Positions 19,286 to 27,051 are shown, counted from the stretch's first letter. The stretch is 33,742 nucleotides of DNA from an uncultured Bacilli bacterium (GCA_947624635.1 CANQLF010000001.1:1-33742), one strand, 5' to 3'. A program made the numbers and translations. Notes: generated from the sequence alone by a model not told the origin.

Positions 19286-19305
19286 ATTTTTATAAATATT
19301 TAATA

Positions 19306-20661
19306 CTATTTTCCCAAGCAAAACTTACTAAATAATTCATCTAATAATTCATCATGATATGTTTCACCAGTAATCTCTCCAAGTAAATCCCATATTGCTT
19401 TTAAGTCTATTGCAATTATATCTGTTGGGATATCTTCTTTAATTGCTTTATTTATATCATCTATTTTATTTAAACATTTTTTTAATATAGAAATACTTCT
19501 AGCATTACTTAAATAAGTTAAATCTTTTTCTTCGATTTTACCTAAGTTAAATATTTCCACTATTTTATTTTTAAGTTCATTTAAACCATTACTATTTATA
19601 GTATTAGTAAATATTATTTCATCTTTATTGAATCTAGATATATCAAGTTTGTTTTCTAAATCATTCTTATTAATAACTATTATTCTATTTTTATCTTTAG
19701 TTTCATCTAAAAGTTCTAAATCATTATCAGTTAGTTCTTCATTATTATTAAGTACTATCATTGCAAGATCAACATCATTTAAAATTTTCTTACTCTTCTC
19801 TACTCCAATTTTTTCTACAATATTTTCAGTATTTCTAATACCTGCAGTATCTATTAAATTTATCATAATACCATTAAACAAGAAACTACCTTCTACTATA
19901 TCCCTTGTTGTACCTTCTATATTTGTAACTATTGCTTTATCTTCATTTAATAGTCCATTTAATATACTACTTTTACCAACGTTTGGTCTACCGAATATAC
20001 CAACTGTTATACCCTCTTTTATCATTTTTGTATTTTCGCTTTTTTCTAATATTTCATTTAATTTAGATTTAATATATTTAATTTTTTCTTTTAATAATTC
20101 ATTAGTATATTCAATTGCATCTTCATATTCAGGATAGTCTATGTTTACTTCAATATTAGCTAAAACTTCTATTATACTTTGTCTTAAATCTTTTATTATT
20201 CCTGATATTTTTCCTTCAATACCATTTATTGCCATCTTTCTTGTTAGTTCTGTTTTTGAATTAATTATATCCATTATAGATTCTGCTTCAACTAAGTCTA
20301 TTCTACCATTTAAAAATGCTCTTTTAGTAAATTCTCCCGGTTCTGCAAGCCTACAACCATTATTTAAAAGTAATTCTAATATTTTATTAGTTGTAGACAT
20401 TCCCCCATGTGAATTTATTTCTACTACATCTTCTTTAGTAAATGTTTTAGGTGATTTCATTATAGAAATTAAAACTTCATCTATAATTTCGCCTTTATCT
20501 ATAATATATCCATAATGTATTGTGTGAGTTTCTACTTTTGTTAGGTCTTTACCTTTAAATATCTTATTAACAATATTTATTGCATCATCTCCACTTACTC
20601 TAATTATAGATATTGCGCCTACTCCTAAAGATGTTGAAATTGCAGCTATTGTATTATTCAT
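19306..20661 (-). CDS. mnmE: tRNA modification GTPase MnmE (TrmE/ThdF)
   Basis: 451 aa. G-domain motifs GRPNVGKSS, DTAGIR, NKND. C-terminal C-x-G-K motif (FCLGK). Confidence 0.93.
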   Translation of the reverse strand: MNNTIAAISTSLGVGAISIIRVSGDDAINIVNKIFKGKDLTKVETHTIHYGYIIDKGEIIDEVLISIMKSPKTFTKEDVVEINSHGGMSTTNKILELLLNNGCRLAEPGEFTKRAFLNGRIDLVEAESIMDIINSKTELTRKMAINGIEGKISGIIKDLRQSIIEVLANIEVNIDYPEYEDAIEYTNELLKEKIKYIKSKLNEILEKSENTKMIKEGITVGIFGRPNVGKSSILNGLLNEDKAIVTNIEGTTRDIVEGSFLFNGIMINLIDTAGIRNTENIVEKIGVEKSKKILNDVDLAMIVLNNNEELTDNDLELLDETKDKNRIIVINKNDLENKLDISRFNKDEIIFTNTINSNGLNELKNKIVEIFNLGKIEEKDLTYLSNARSISILKKCLNKIDDINKAIKEDIPTDIIAIDLKAIWDLLGEITGETYHDELLDELFSKFCLGK

Positions 20662-20664
20662 ACT

Positions 20665-21198
20665 TTATGACTCCTTCCTATTAAGTCCTAAATATTTGGG
20701 TAAATTCTTAGGTGATTTTAATATTTCTAAAGAACAATATTTATCTACTATATTTATTACCCAAGATTCTTTATATTTAGGAGGTTTTATATTAAGTGGA
20801 AACATGTGTTTTAATATTATATCTTCTATCTTTTCATTCATAAACTCATCAAAATGTAACTTTGAATTATCTTTAGCTTCTTTTGCATGAACAAAGCCAT
20901 GCTTTTTAAAAAAAGGTTTATTTTTATTTGAAGTTGTTTGCCAGTCGTTATAGTAAAAATCGTGTAATAAGCCACCTATTGCGGCTGATTTATAATCCCA
21001 ATTTAATTTTTTTGTAATTTTATATGAATAAATAGATACCATAAGACTATGTAAGAATACGGATTTATTTTCGTGATGATGATAATTTAATCTTTTCTTA
21101 AATTCATCATTTTCTAATATATCTTTGACAATCATGTAGTATTCATTATCTATATTTAATAAAATTTGATTTATTTTATCTTGTTCATTATTTGCCAT
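20665..21198 (-). CDS. HD-domain metal-dependent phosphohydrolase family protein
   Basis: 177 aa. H...HD pattern (FLHSLMVSIYSY ... GGLLHDFYY ... HGFVHAKEA ... LKHMFP). Confidence 0.6.
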   Translation of the reverse strand: MANNEQDKINQILLNIDNEYYMIVKDILENDEFKKRLNYHHHENKSVFLHSLMVSIYSYKITKKLNWDYKSAAIGGLLHDFYYNDWQTTSNKNKPFFKKHGFVHAKEAKDNSKLHFDEFMNEKIEDIILKHMFPLNIKPPKYKESWVINIVDKYCSLEILKSPKNLPKYLGLNRKES

Positions 21199-21223
21199 GT
21201 TACCACTCTTTTCAAAAAGTTTT

Positions 21224-21247
21224 AAAAAGAAACCTTAATTGGTTTCT
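21224..21247 (-). terminator. Weak terminator/attenuator hairpin after jag
   Basis: Stem AGAAACC (21228-21234) / GGTTTCT (21241-21247) with a 6-nt loop, followed by only 4 U on the - strand transcript. Overlaps the jag stop codon. Confidence 0.35.
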
Positions 21248-21854
21248 ATTCATTTATTGGTTTAATTACTACATATCTATTTGGTTCTTCTCCCATACTT
21301 TCAGTAGTAACACCTCTAAAATTTGAAAGTATACTATGTACTACTCTTCTTTGATAAGAATTCATAGGATCTAACTTAGCTTCTATTTTACTTCTTGAAA
21401 CTTCTTTTGCTGTTTTCTTAGCTAAAAATTCTATGTTCTTAATTTGCTTTTCTTTATAGTTTTCTACGTCTAGTAATATATTCATTTTAGTATTATATTT
21501 ATTTTGCAATATTTGTTTTACTATATGTTGTAGTGCAGATAATGTTTGTCCATTTTTCCCAATTAAAATCGGATTATGTTCTGAATACATTTTCATATTT
21601 ATAGTATTATTTCTAACTTTAATAGCAATTTGTACATCTATTCCCATAGATTTTGTTATATTTATTAGAAAATCGTTTATGTCAGTTACTACATCATCTT
21701 TTTTAATTACTTCAATTTCCACCTTTTTACTAAATAACCCTTGTTTTTTATCCTTTTCAATAATTATTAAATCATCTTTGCTTATTCCTAAATCTTTTGT
21801 TGCCTCATTAATTGCTTGTTCTAATGTTTTTCCTGAATACTCATATTTTTCCAT
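21246..21854 (-). CDS. jag: Jag/KhpB RNA-binding protein (Jag_N, KH, R3H domains)
   Basis: 202 aa. R3H-type C-terminus (LDPMNSYQRRVVHSILSNFRGVTTESMGEEPNRYVVIKP). Conserved position after yidC. Confidence 0.85.
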   Translation of the reverse strand: MEKYEYSGKTLEQAINEATKDLGISKDDLIIIEKDKKQGLFSKKVEIEVIKKDDVVTDINDFLINITKSMGIDVQIAIKVRNNTINMKMYSEHNPILIGKNGQTLSALQHIVKQILQNKYNTKMNILLDVENYKEKQIKNIEFLAKKTAKEVSRSKIEAKLDPMNSYQRRVVHSILSNFRGVTTESMGEEPNRYVVIKPINE

Positions 21855-21856
21855 AA

Positions 21857-22780
21857 TTATTTAGATACCTCTTTCTTAACCCATAGGTTTTGTAATATTG
21901 TAAATACAGAAGTTGCGATCCAATATATTGCAATTGCAGTTGGCAAACTGAATGATGCCACTGTAATAAATATGATCATAAATCTAGTCATAAATTTCAT
22001 TTGTTTTTCTTGATCAGCTGTTGTTGCAGTTGCGTTAAGTTTAAATGAGAAGTATGTTGTTAAAATAATTAAGGCTATTAATATAAGATAGTAATATTCT
22101 CCTTTTGCCAAAGCTACAAGTGGGTTTGTTCCTAAATGTAATCCTAAGAACTTATCTTCAAATAGTGCTGGTACTCTATTTACCGCTTCTAAGAATGCAA
22201 AGAATACAGGTATTTGTAATAGTGAGAATAGACATCCAGACATTGGATTAATATTATATTTCTTATATATAGCAAGTTGTTCTTGTGTTTTTTGCATCAT
22301 TACTTGTTGATCATCTTGTGGTTTATTTTTGTATTTCTTTTCTAACTTTTCTAAATCAGGTTGTGCTTTTTTCATATTTTCAGATTGCATAGCAGTTTTC
22401 TTTGTAATTGGTAATGTTACTAATCTTATTAATATACTAACTATTAGTATACCTAAACCATAACTTTTAAGTAAGTTACCTATTTTAATAACTAACCATG
22501 CAAGAGGTTTAACAAATATACTAGTCCATAATCCTTCATATCCACCTGATGTTACTTTAAAATCTTTACATTCTACTAGTTTGTCTACATTAACTTTATT
22601 ATCCTTATATATATCTATAACATCTTTATTTGTGGGCCTACATAATATATTTTCATTTAATGTTTGACCAGTTTTTTCATAAGTAACTACTTTATTATCT
22701 TTTCTTAATGTTTTAGTACATCCTGTTACAAAAAACATTGCACATAATAAAATTAATAATATTTTTTTCTTATTCTTCAT
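21857..22780 (-). CDS. yidC: YidC/SpoIIIJ/OxaA membrane protein insertase (lipoprotein type)
   Basis: 307 aa. Lipobox FFVTGC after a K-rich N-terminus. Conserved insertase core (NPMSGCLFSLLQIPVFFAF...). Conserved position after rnpA. Confidence 0.9.
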   Translation of the reverse strand: MKNKKKILLILLCAMFFVTGCTKTLRKDNKVVTYEKTGQTLNENILCRPTNKDVIDIYKDNKVNVDKLVECKDFKVTSGGYEGLWTSIFVKPLAWLVIKIGNLLKSYGLGILIVSILIRLVTLPITKKTAMQSENMKKAQPDLEKLEKKYKNKPQDDQQVMMQKTQEQLAIYKKYNINPMSGCLFSLLQIPVFFAFLEAVNRVPALFEDKFLGLHLGTNPLVALAKGEYYYLILIALIILTTYFSFKLNATATTADQEKQMKFMTRFMIIFITVASFSLPTAIAIYWIATSVFTILQNLWVKKEVSK

Positions 22781-22793
22781 TGTATCATCTATC

Positions 22794-23120
22794 CTATTCT
22801 AATGTTTTGAGTAAATTTAATAATTGTTGTTCCATTTCTTTGAAATTACAATCTAATATTTCTCTTCTTACTATTATAATATAATCTTTGTTATTTTTAA
22901 ATAGATTTTTGTTTTTATCTATAATATTTTTTAATTGTCTTTTTATTTTATTTCTAGTTACTGCATTTCCTATTCTTTTTCCAACGGATAATCCAAATCT
23001 TGCTATATTTAAATTATTATCATTATAATATATAGAATAAAATTTATTATATATTCTTTTTTTTGTTTCAAGTATTTTTTTAAAATCTTGGTTTTTTTTA
23101 ACGATTTCATTTTTTTTCAT
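22794..23120 (-). CDS. rnpA: Ribonuclease P protein component
   Basis: 108 aa, basic. Motif RFGLSVGKRIGNAVTRNKIKRQLKN. Directly downstream of rpmH. Confidence 0.9.
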   Translation of the reverse strand: MKKNEIVKKNQDFKKILETKKRIYNKFYSIYYNDNNLNIARFGLSVGKRIGNAVTRNKIKRQLKNIIDKNKNLFKNNKDYIIIVRREILDCNFKEMEQQLLNLLKTLE

Positions 23121-23150
23121 GGAATAACACCTTCTTACAATATTTATAGT

Positions 23151-23173
23151 AAAAAACCACTGATGATCAGTGG
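23151..23173 (-). terminator. Hairpin plus U6 terminator/attenuator between rpmH and rnpA
   Basis: CCACTGAT/ATCAGTGG inverted repeat (23157-23173). A6 at 23151-23156 on the + strand gives U6 on the - strand RNA. Confidence 0.65.
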
Positions 23174-23179
23174 CATGTA

Positions 23180-23302
23180 TTACTTACTAAGTCTTTTACG
23201 ACCTTTTCTTCTTCTTTTTGATATAATACCAGATTTAACACGTGAGAAAAATCCATGTTTCTTTTGTTTTTTTCTGTTATTTGGTTGATATGTTCTTTTC
23301 AT
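23180..23302 (-). CDS. rpmH: 50S ribosomal protein L34
   Basis: Not in the ORF track (too short). Hand translation of the - strand gives [40 protein letters not shown] (40 aa) with a GGAGGTG RBS upstream. Classic rpmH-rnpA arrangement divergent from dnaA. Confidence 0.9.
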   Translation of the reverse strand: MKRTYQPNNRKKQKKHGFFSRVKSGIISKRRRKGRKRLSK

Positions 23303-23349
23303 TTTTGCATACACCTCCATTACTAAAAAGTTTTTCGAACGCATTTATA

Positions 23350-23377
23350 ATTATAAGGAAATATAATATTTTGTCAA
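23350..23377 (-). promoter_or_regulatory. rpmH promoter
   Basis: On the - strand: TTGACA (23372-23377), 16 nt, TATAAT (23350-23355). Confidence 0.6.
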
Positions 23378-23493
23378 TAGATTATATTCCTTTTTTTTAG
23401 TTTTTAAAACATTATTAAGTTTAATTTTACAAATTATTTAAAAATAAAAATATCATTTATAATATTAATTCTTCAACAAAATTGTTGAAAAAA

Positions 23494-23509
23494 TATTTCC
23501 CGGGAAATA
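23494..23509. promoter_or_regulatory. Noc-binding-site (NBS)-type palindrome 1
   Basis: TATTTCCCGGGAAATA, a perfect 16-bp palindrome (extends to 24 bp, 23490-23513). The core equals the B. subtilis NBS consensus ATTTCCCGGGAAAT. Confidence 0.7.
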
Positions 23510-23539
23510 TTTTATTTCCCGGGAAATATTTTATTTCCC
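23495..23539. repeat. 19-bp tandem direct repeat, 2.4 copies (ATTTCCCGGGAAATATTTT)
   Basis: Identical units at 23495-23513 and 23514-23532, plus a partial unit at 23533-23539. Confidence 0.9.
23513..23528. promoter_or_regulatory. Noc-binding-site (NBS)-type palindrome 2
   Basis: Second perfect TATTTCCCGGGAAATA, with its centre 19 bp from the first. A third half-site TATTTCCC follows at 23532-23539. Confidence 0.7.
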
Positions 23540-23823
23540 AAATCCACAGGTATCTGTGGAAAACTATACTATATTTTTATAGTTTTTATAGAGTTTTCCA
23601 CAGTTTCAACAGCTATGTTGATAAATTTTACCACAAGTGTGTTTAATTTATCAACAAGAATGTGTATAATTTAATATTTATATTATAAAATATTAAATTT
23701 TGCTGTGGAAAAGTCTGTGAATATTAAATTTTCTTTAATTTTTTTCATATTTTTGTTTTCTTTTCAACAGTTTTAGTTTAAAATATTAATTAGATTGGAA
23801 TACTTTATTGGAGGTGATTGGTT

Positions 23824-25185
23824 ATGAACACGGAAGTAATATGGCAAAACTTTTTACAAAAAATAAAAGAACAGATTACTTCCTTAGCATTCGATACCTG
23901 GTTTAAAGATACTAAACTGATAGAATTAAAAGATGGAAAAGCAAAAATTGTTGTTCCTATGCATGTGCATAAAAAGCATCTAATTGAAAATTATACAGAT
24001 ATGATACAGAACACATTAAATATTATTACTGGAACTAATTTTGATTTAGAATTTATTTTAGAAGAAGAATTAAATGATGAAAACGATGTCGACATAGATG
24101 TGGATATGATAGGAGTTCCAACGGTTAAGAGTAAAGTCGATACTAACCTTAATCCAAACTATGTATTTGAAAATTTTATAGTAGGAGAGAGTAATAGATT
24201 TGCTCATGCGGCAGCTTTATCTGTAGCTGAAAATCCTGGTAAGATGTACAATCCACTATTTATATATGGAAAAAGTGGTTTAGGAAAAACCCATCTAATG
24301 CATGCAATAGGTAATTATATTACAAGTAATTCATCTAAAAATGTATTATATGTTACAAGTGATCAATTTATTGAAGATTTTGTTGGTATTAATAAAAAAG
24401 ATAAAAAAGGAACTAACTTTGATTATGTTGATTATTTTAAAAATAAATATAGGAACATAGATGTACTTATTATAGATGACATACAATTCTTAGGAAGTGC
24501 GACGCAAACACAACAGGAATTTTTCCATACATTTAATAAATTATATGACGATAATAAGCAAATAATTATATCGTCAGATAGATCACCTGATGATTTAAAA
24601 ATACTTGAAGATAGACTAAGAACTAGGTTTAGCTGGGGATTATCAGTTAATATATTTCCACCTGATTTTGAACTTAGAAAAAATATATTAATAAAGAAAA
24701 TAACAGGACAGTCAATGGGTAATGATGTACCAGATGATGTGATAGAATATATTGCTAATAATTGCCAATCTGATGTAAGACAACTTGAGGGGGCAGTAAC
24801 TAGACTTTTTGCTTATGCAACTATGATGAATGGTAGTGATATAACCTTGGAACTTGCAGTAGATGCCTTAAAAGATTACTTACATAAGTCTATTGGTGTA
24901 AAAAATAGTGTTCAAAGAATACAAAGAGTAGTTGCTGATTATTATCAAATATCAGTAGATGATTTAAAAAGTAAAAAACGTCATGTTTCAATTGCTTATC
25001 CAAGACAGATTGCGATGTATTTAACTAGAACTTTAACAGATGAATCATTTCCTAAAATAGGTACTGAATTTGGTGGAAGAGATCATTCAACTGTAATACA
25101 CTCAGTTGAAAAAATAAAAGAAGAGATGAAGAATAATAAACAATTAAAAAATTTAATAACAACATTAAAAGAGCAGATTAAATAA
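23824..25185 (+). CDS. dnaA: Chromosomal replication initiator protein DnaA
   Basis: Walker A GKSGLGKTHL, Walker B LIIDDIQF, DnaA signature/HTH (IAMYLTRTLTDESFPKIGTEFGGRDHSTVIHS). Start set to the ATG at 23824, which is 9 nt after GGAGG (23810-23814). The ORF-track TTG at 23818 is too close to the RBS. Confidence 0.95.
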   Translation: MNTEVIWQNFLQKIKEQITSLAFDTWFKDTKLIELKDGKAKIVVPMHVHKKHLIENYTDMIQNTLNIITGTNFDLEFILEEELNDENDVDIDVDMIGVPTVKSKVDTNLNPNYVFENFIVGESNRFAHAAALSVAENPGKMYNPLFIYGKSGLGKTHLMHAIGNYITSNSSKNVLYVTSDQFIEDFVGINKKDKKGTNFDYVDYFKNKYRNIDVLIIDDIQFLGSATQTQQEFFHTFNKLYDDNKQIIISSDRSPDDLKILEDRLRTRFSWGLSVNIFPPDFELRKNILIKKITGQSMGNDVPDDVIEYIANNCQSDVRQLEGAVTRLFAYATMMNGSDITLELAVDALKDYLHKSIGVKNSVQRIQRVVADYYQISVDDLKSKKRHVSIAYPRQIAMYLTRTLTDESFPKIGTEFGGRDHSTVIHSVEKIKEEMKNNKQLKNLITTLKEQIK

Positions 25186-25191
25186 CAGTCT

Positions 25192-25290
25192 TGTGGATAA
25201 GAAGAGAATTTTCGACAACTTTTGCACAACTAAAAATATAAAAATAGTTCATTTTTAGGTTATTTTTTTAAGTTATCCACAGTTTCCACA
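25192..25290. promoter_or_regulatory. oriC part II: DnaA boxes in the dnaA-dnaN spacer
   Basis: Perfect TTATCCACA at 25192-25200 (- strand, as TGTGGATAA) and at 25273-25281 (+). The latter is directly followed by GTTTCCACA at 25282-25290. Confidence 0.8.
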
Positions 25291-25340
25291 GTAATAATAA
25301 AAATATTAATAAAAGAAAGAAAAAAGAAATATTAAAAATT
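25291..25340. other. Candidate DNA-unwinding element (AT-only stretch with TAA trinucleotide repeats)
   Basis: GTAATAATAAAAATATTAATAAAAGAAAGAAAAAAGAAATATTAAAAATT immediately follows the tandem DnaA boxes. It is almost free of G/C and begins with TAATAATAA. Confidence 0.45.
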
Positions 25341-25355
25341 AGGGAGGTTATTTTT

Positions 25356-26477
25356 ATGAATTTGAAAATTAAAAAAGATATTTTATTAGAAAGTTTATTA
25401 CATGTATCAAAGGCAATATCATCTAAGAATATAATTCCAGTTTTGTCTGGTATAAAGTTTGACTTAAAAAAAGAAGGGCTATATTTAACAGCTAGTGACA
25501 ATGATATAACAATTCAATCATTTATAGCAAGTAAAGATATAGATAGCATTGAAAAAGAGGGAAGCATAGTACTTCAAGGAAGATATATAGTAGAAATTAT
25601 TAGAAAGTTACCTGGAAATGTTATTTCAATAGAAGTAATAGATGAATACAAAGTATGGATTCATTCAAAAACATCTGAATTTAATTTAAATGCAATTAAT
25701 CCTAATGAATTTCCACAAACAAATTTAAATGATTCAAAAAATCCAATATATATGGATAAAACATCATTTAAAAATATATTACTTCAAACATCATTTGCTA
25801 CTTCAACACAAGAGTCACGTCCTTTATTAACAGGTATTAATTTTAAAATAGAAGAAAATAAATTGGAATGTACAGCTACTGATTCATATAGACTTGCTAA
25901 AAGTATAATAGATATAGATACAACAGTTGAAAATCCTATAAATATAGTTATTCCTTGTAGAAATTTAATAGAATTACTAAAAATCTTAAAAGAAGATAAT
26001 AAAAAATTAGAATTTCATGTGTTTAGTAATAGAATATTATTTAAATTTGATAATATATTGTTTCAATCAAGATTACTTAATGGAACTTATCCAGATACAT
26101 CAAAGCTGATACCAGATGAATTCTTAATAAAAATGGTAGCTCCAACACAAGAATTATTAGATGTAATAGATAGGGCATCGCTTTTATCAAGTGATAGAGA
26201 TAAAAATACAATAAAATTAGAAACTAAAAATAATAAAATGATAATTTCATCAAATGCGCCAGAAATAGGAAGAGTAGAAGAAACTTTAGACATAGTAAAA
26301 GAAACAGAAAACGATATAATAATCTCTTTTAGTTCTAAATATATGATGGACGCATTAGGGTCATTAACAACAAATAAAGTTGAATTATTATTCAATAGCG
26401 AAATAAAACCTATAATATTAAAAGAAGTAGGTAATGATAAAATTACTCAATTAATTTTACCAATTCGTACATATTAA
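25356..26477 (+). CDS. dnaN: DNA polymerase III beta sliding clamp
   Basis: 373 aa, with clamp-typical length and position after dnaA. Motifs SRPLLTGINF, TDSYRLA. AGGGAGG RBS. Confidence 0.93.
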   Translation: MNLKIKKDILLESLLHVSKAISSKNIIPVLSGIKFDLKKEGLYLTASDNDITIQSFIASKDIDSIEKEGSIVLQGRYIVEIIRKLPGNVISIEVIDEYKVWIHSKTSEFNLNAINPNEFPQTNLNDSKNPIYMDKTSFKNILLQTSFATSTQESRPLLTGINFKIEENKLECTATDSYRLAKSIIDIDTTVENPINIVIPCRNLIELLKILKEDNKKLEFHVFSNRILFKFDNILFQSRLLNGTYPDTSKLIPDEFLIKMVAPTQELLDVIDRASLLSSDRDKNTIKLETKNNKMIISSNAPEIGRVEETLDIVKETENDIIISFSSKYMMDALGSLTTNKVELLFNSEIKPIILKEVGNDKITQLILPIRTY

Positions 26478-26493
26478 TCACTAAAAAGTTGGA

Positions 26494-26523
26494 TTTTGCG
26501 ACATTTTTCGACAATTTTCGACT
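26494..26523 (+). promoter_or_regulatory. Three helically phased TTTTCGACA-type direct repeats (degenerate DnaA-box / Spo0A-box-like)
   Basis: TTTTGCGACA (26494-26503), TTTTCGACA (26505-26513), TTTTCGACT (26515-23 of 265xx, i.e. 26515-26523). Related pair at 25209-25217 (TTTTCGACA) and 25220-25228 (TTTTGCACA). Confidence 0.4.
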
Positions 26524-26610
26524 TTTTTTTATGTTATAAAAAGAATGAAAGCAGATTTTTTGCGTTATATATAAGTGTAAGCAATCTGCTCAAGAGTAGG
26601 GGGTGAAATA

Positions 26611-27051
26611 ATGAATTGCTACGAAATAAATGAGGAAACATTAGCTATATTACCTTATGGAGATACACAAAGTAAAATAATTGAAAAATATAAGGAATTT
26701 ATAGTTAATAAAACTCCTTATGAAATTATAACTTACAGTTGTTTATATTTTGGCAGTTCCTATGAAGGAAGAATTTCAGCAACTAAGTACCTTCTTGGAA
26801 TATCATATAAATCACCAATTGTAATAGAAGAATCTCGCAATTTAATTTTCTTTCCAACAAACTCGCCAAAATTACAAGACTGTAGCTGGATTTCTTTGAA
26901 AAGTATAGTAGACTATAAGAGAAATAATAGTAAATCAATGATATTATTTGATAATAACGTTAGATTACCACTTGATATTTCTTATGGTTCTCTAGAAAAT
27001 CAAATTATGAGAGCTTCTAGGTTAGACTCTATGTTAAGAAACAACAGATAA
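26611..27051 (+). CDS. comK: ComK-family protein (competence transcription factor-like), short form
   Basis: 146 aa. Aligns by eye with B. subtilis and S. aureus ComK landmarks: AILPYGD..SKIIEK, SCLYFGSSYEGR, GISYKSPIVIE, IFFPTNSP, CSWISL, ISYGSLENQ. GGGGGTGA RBS. Confidence 0.65.
   Translation: MNCYEINEETLAILPYGDTQSKIIEKYKEFIVNKTPYEIITYSCLYFGSSYEGRISATKYLLGISYKSPIVIEESRNLIFFPTNSPKLQDCSWISLKSIVDYKRNNSKSMILFDNNVRLPLDISYGSLENQIMRASRLDSMLRNNR

Larger units (their letters stand above)
23483..23769. promoter_or_regulatory. oriC part I: cluster of DnaA boxes upstream of dnaA
   Basis: 9-mers compared with TTATCCACA. One mismatch: TTTTCCACA at 23555-23563(-), 23594-23602(+), 23704-23712(-); TTATCAACA at 23616-23624(-), 23648-23656(+). 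Weaker: AAATCCACA 23540-23548, TTTACCACA 23627-23635, GTTTCAACA 23603-23611, TTTTCAACA 23483-23491(-) and 23761-23769(+). Confidence 0.8.

Noticed and set aside
19628-20515. Two + strand ORFs (169 and 124 aa) opposite mnmE
   Set aside because: Antisense shadow ORFs of mnmE. Hydrophobic junk composition, no RBS, no recognisable motifs.
23494-23528. CCCGGG-centred palindromes as mere SmaI/XmaI-type restriction-modification targets or a random GC island
   Set aside because: The match extends over the full 16-bp TATTTCCCGGGAAATA, far beyond a 6-bp R-M site. It is duplicated with a precise 19-bp period, and a Noc-type protein is encoded nearby. The R-M explanation is kept only as a refutation test.
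23818-23823. TTG start for dnaA (ORF track). Likewise the extended starts for mnmG (19208), the DUF1934 gene (5406), the surface protein (11490) and tadA (33153)
   Set aside because: In each case a downstream ATG has a properly spaced Shine-Dalgarno sequence and yields the conserved N-terminus. The longer forms overlap RBSs, promoters or the SRP RNA.
25268-25501. 77-aa - strand ORF spanning the dnaA-dnaN spacer and the dnaN start. Also 20696..20890, 21679..21864, 23088..23288, 26087..26395, 28220..28459, 29822..30040, 31485..31763 and 33213..33470
   Set aside because: These overlap oriC DnaA boxes or the interiors of conserved genes, either on the opposite strand or out of frame. They show no independent coding signal.
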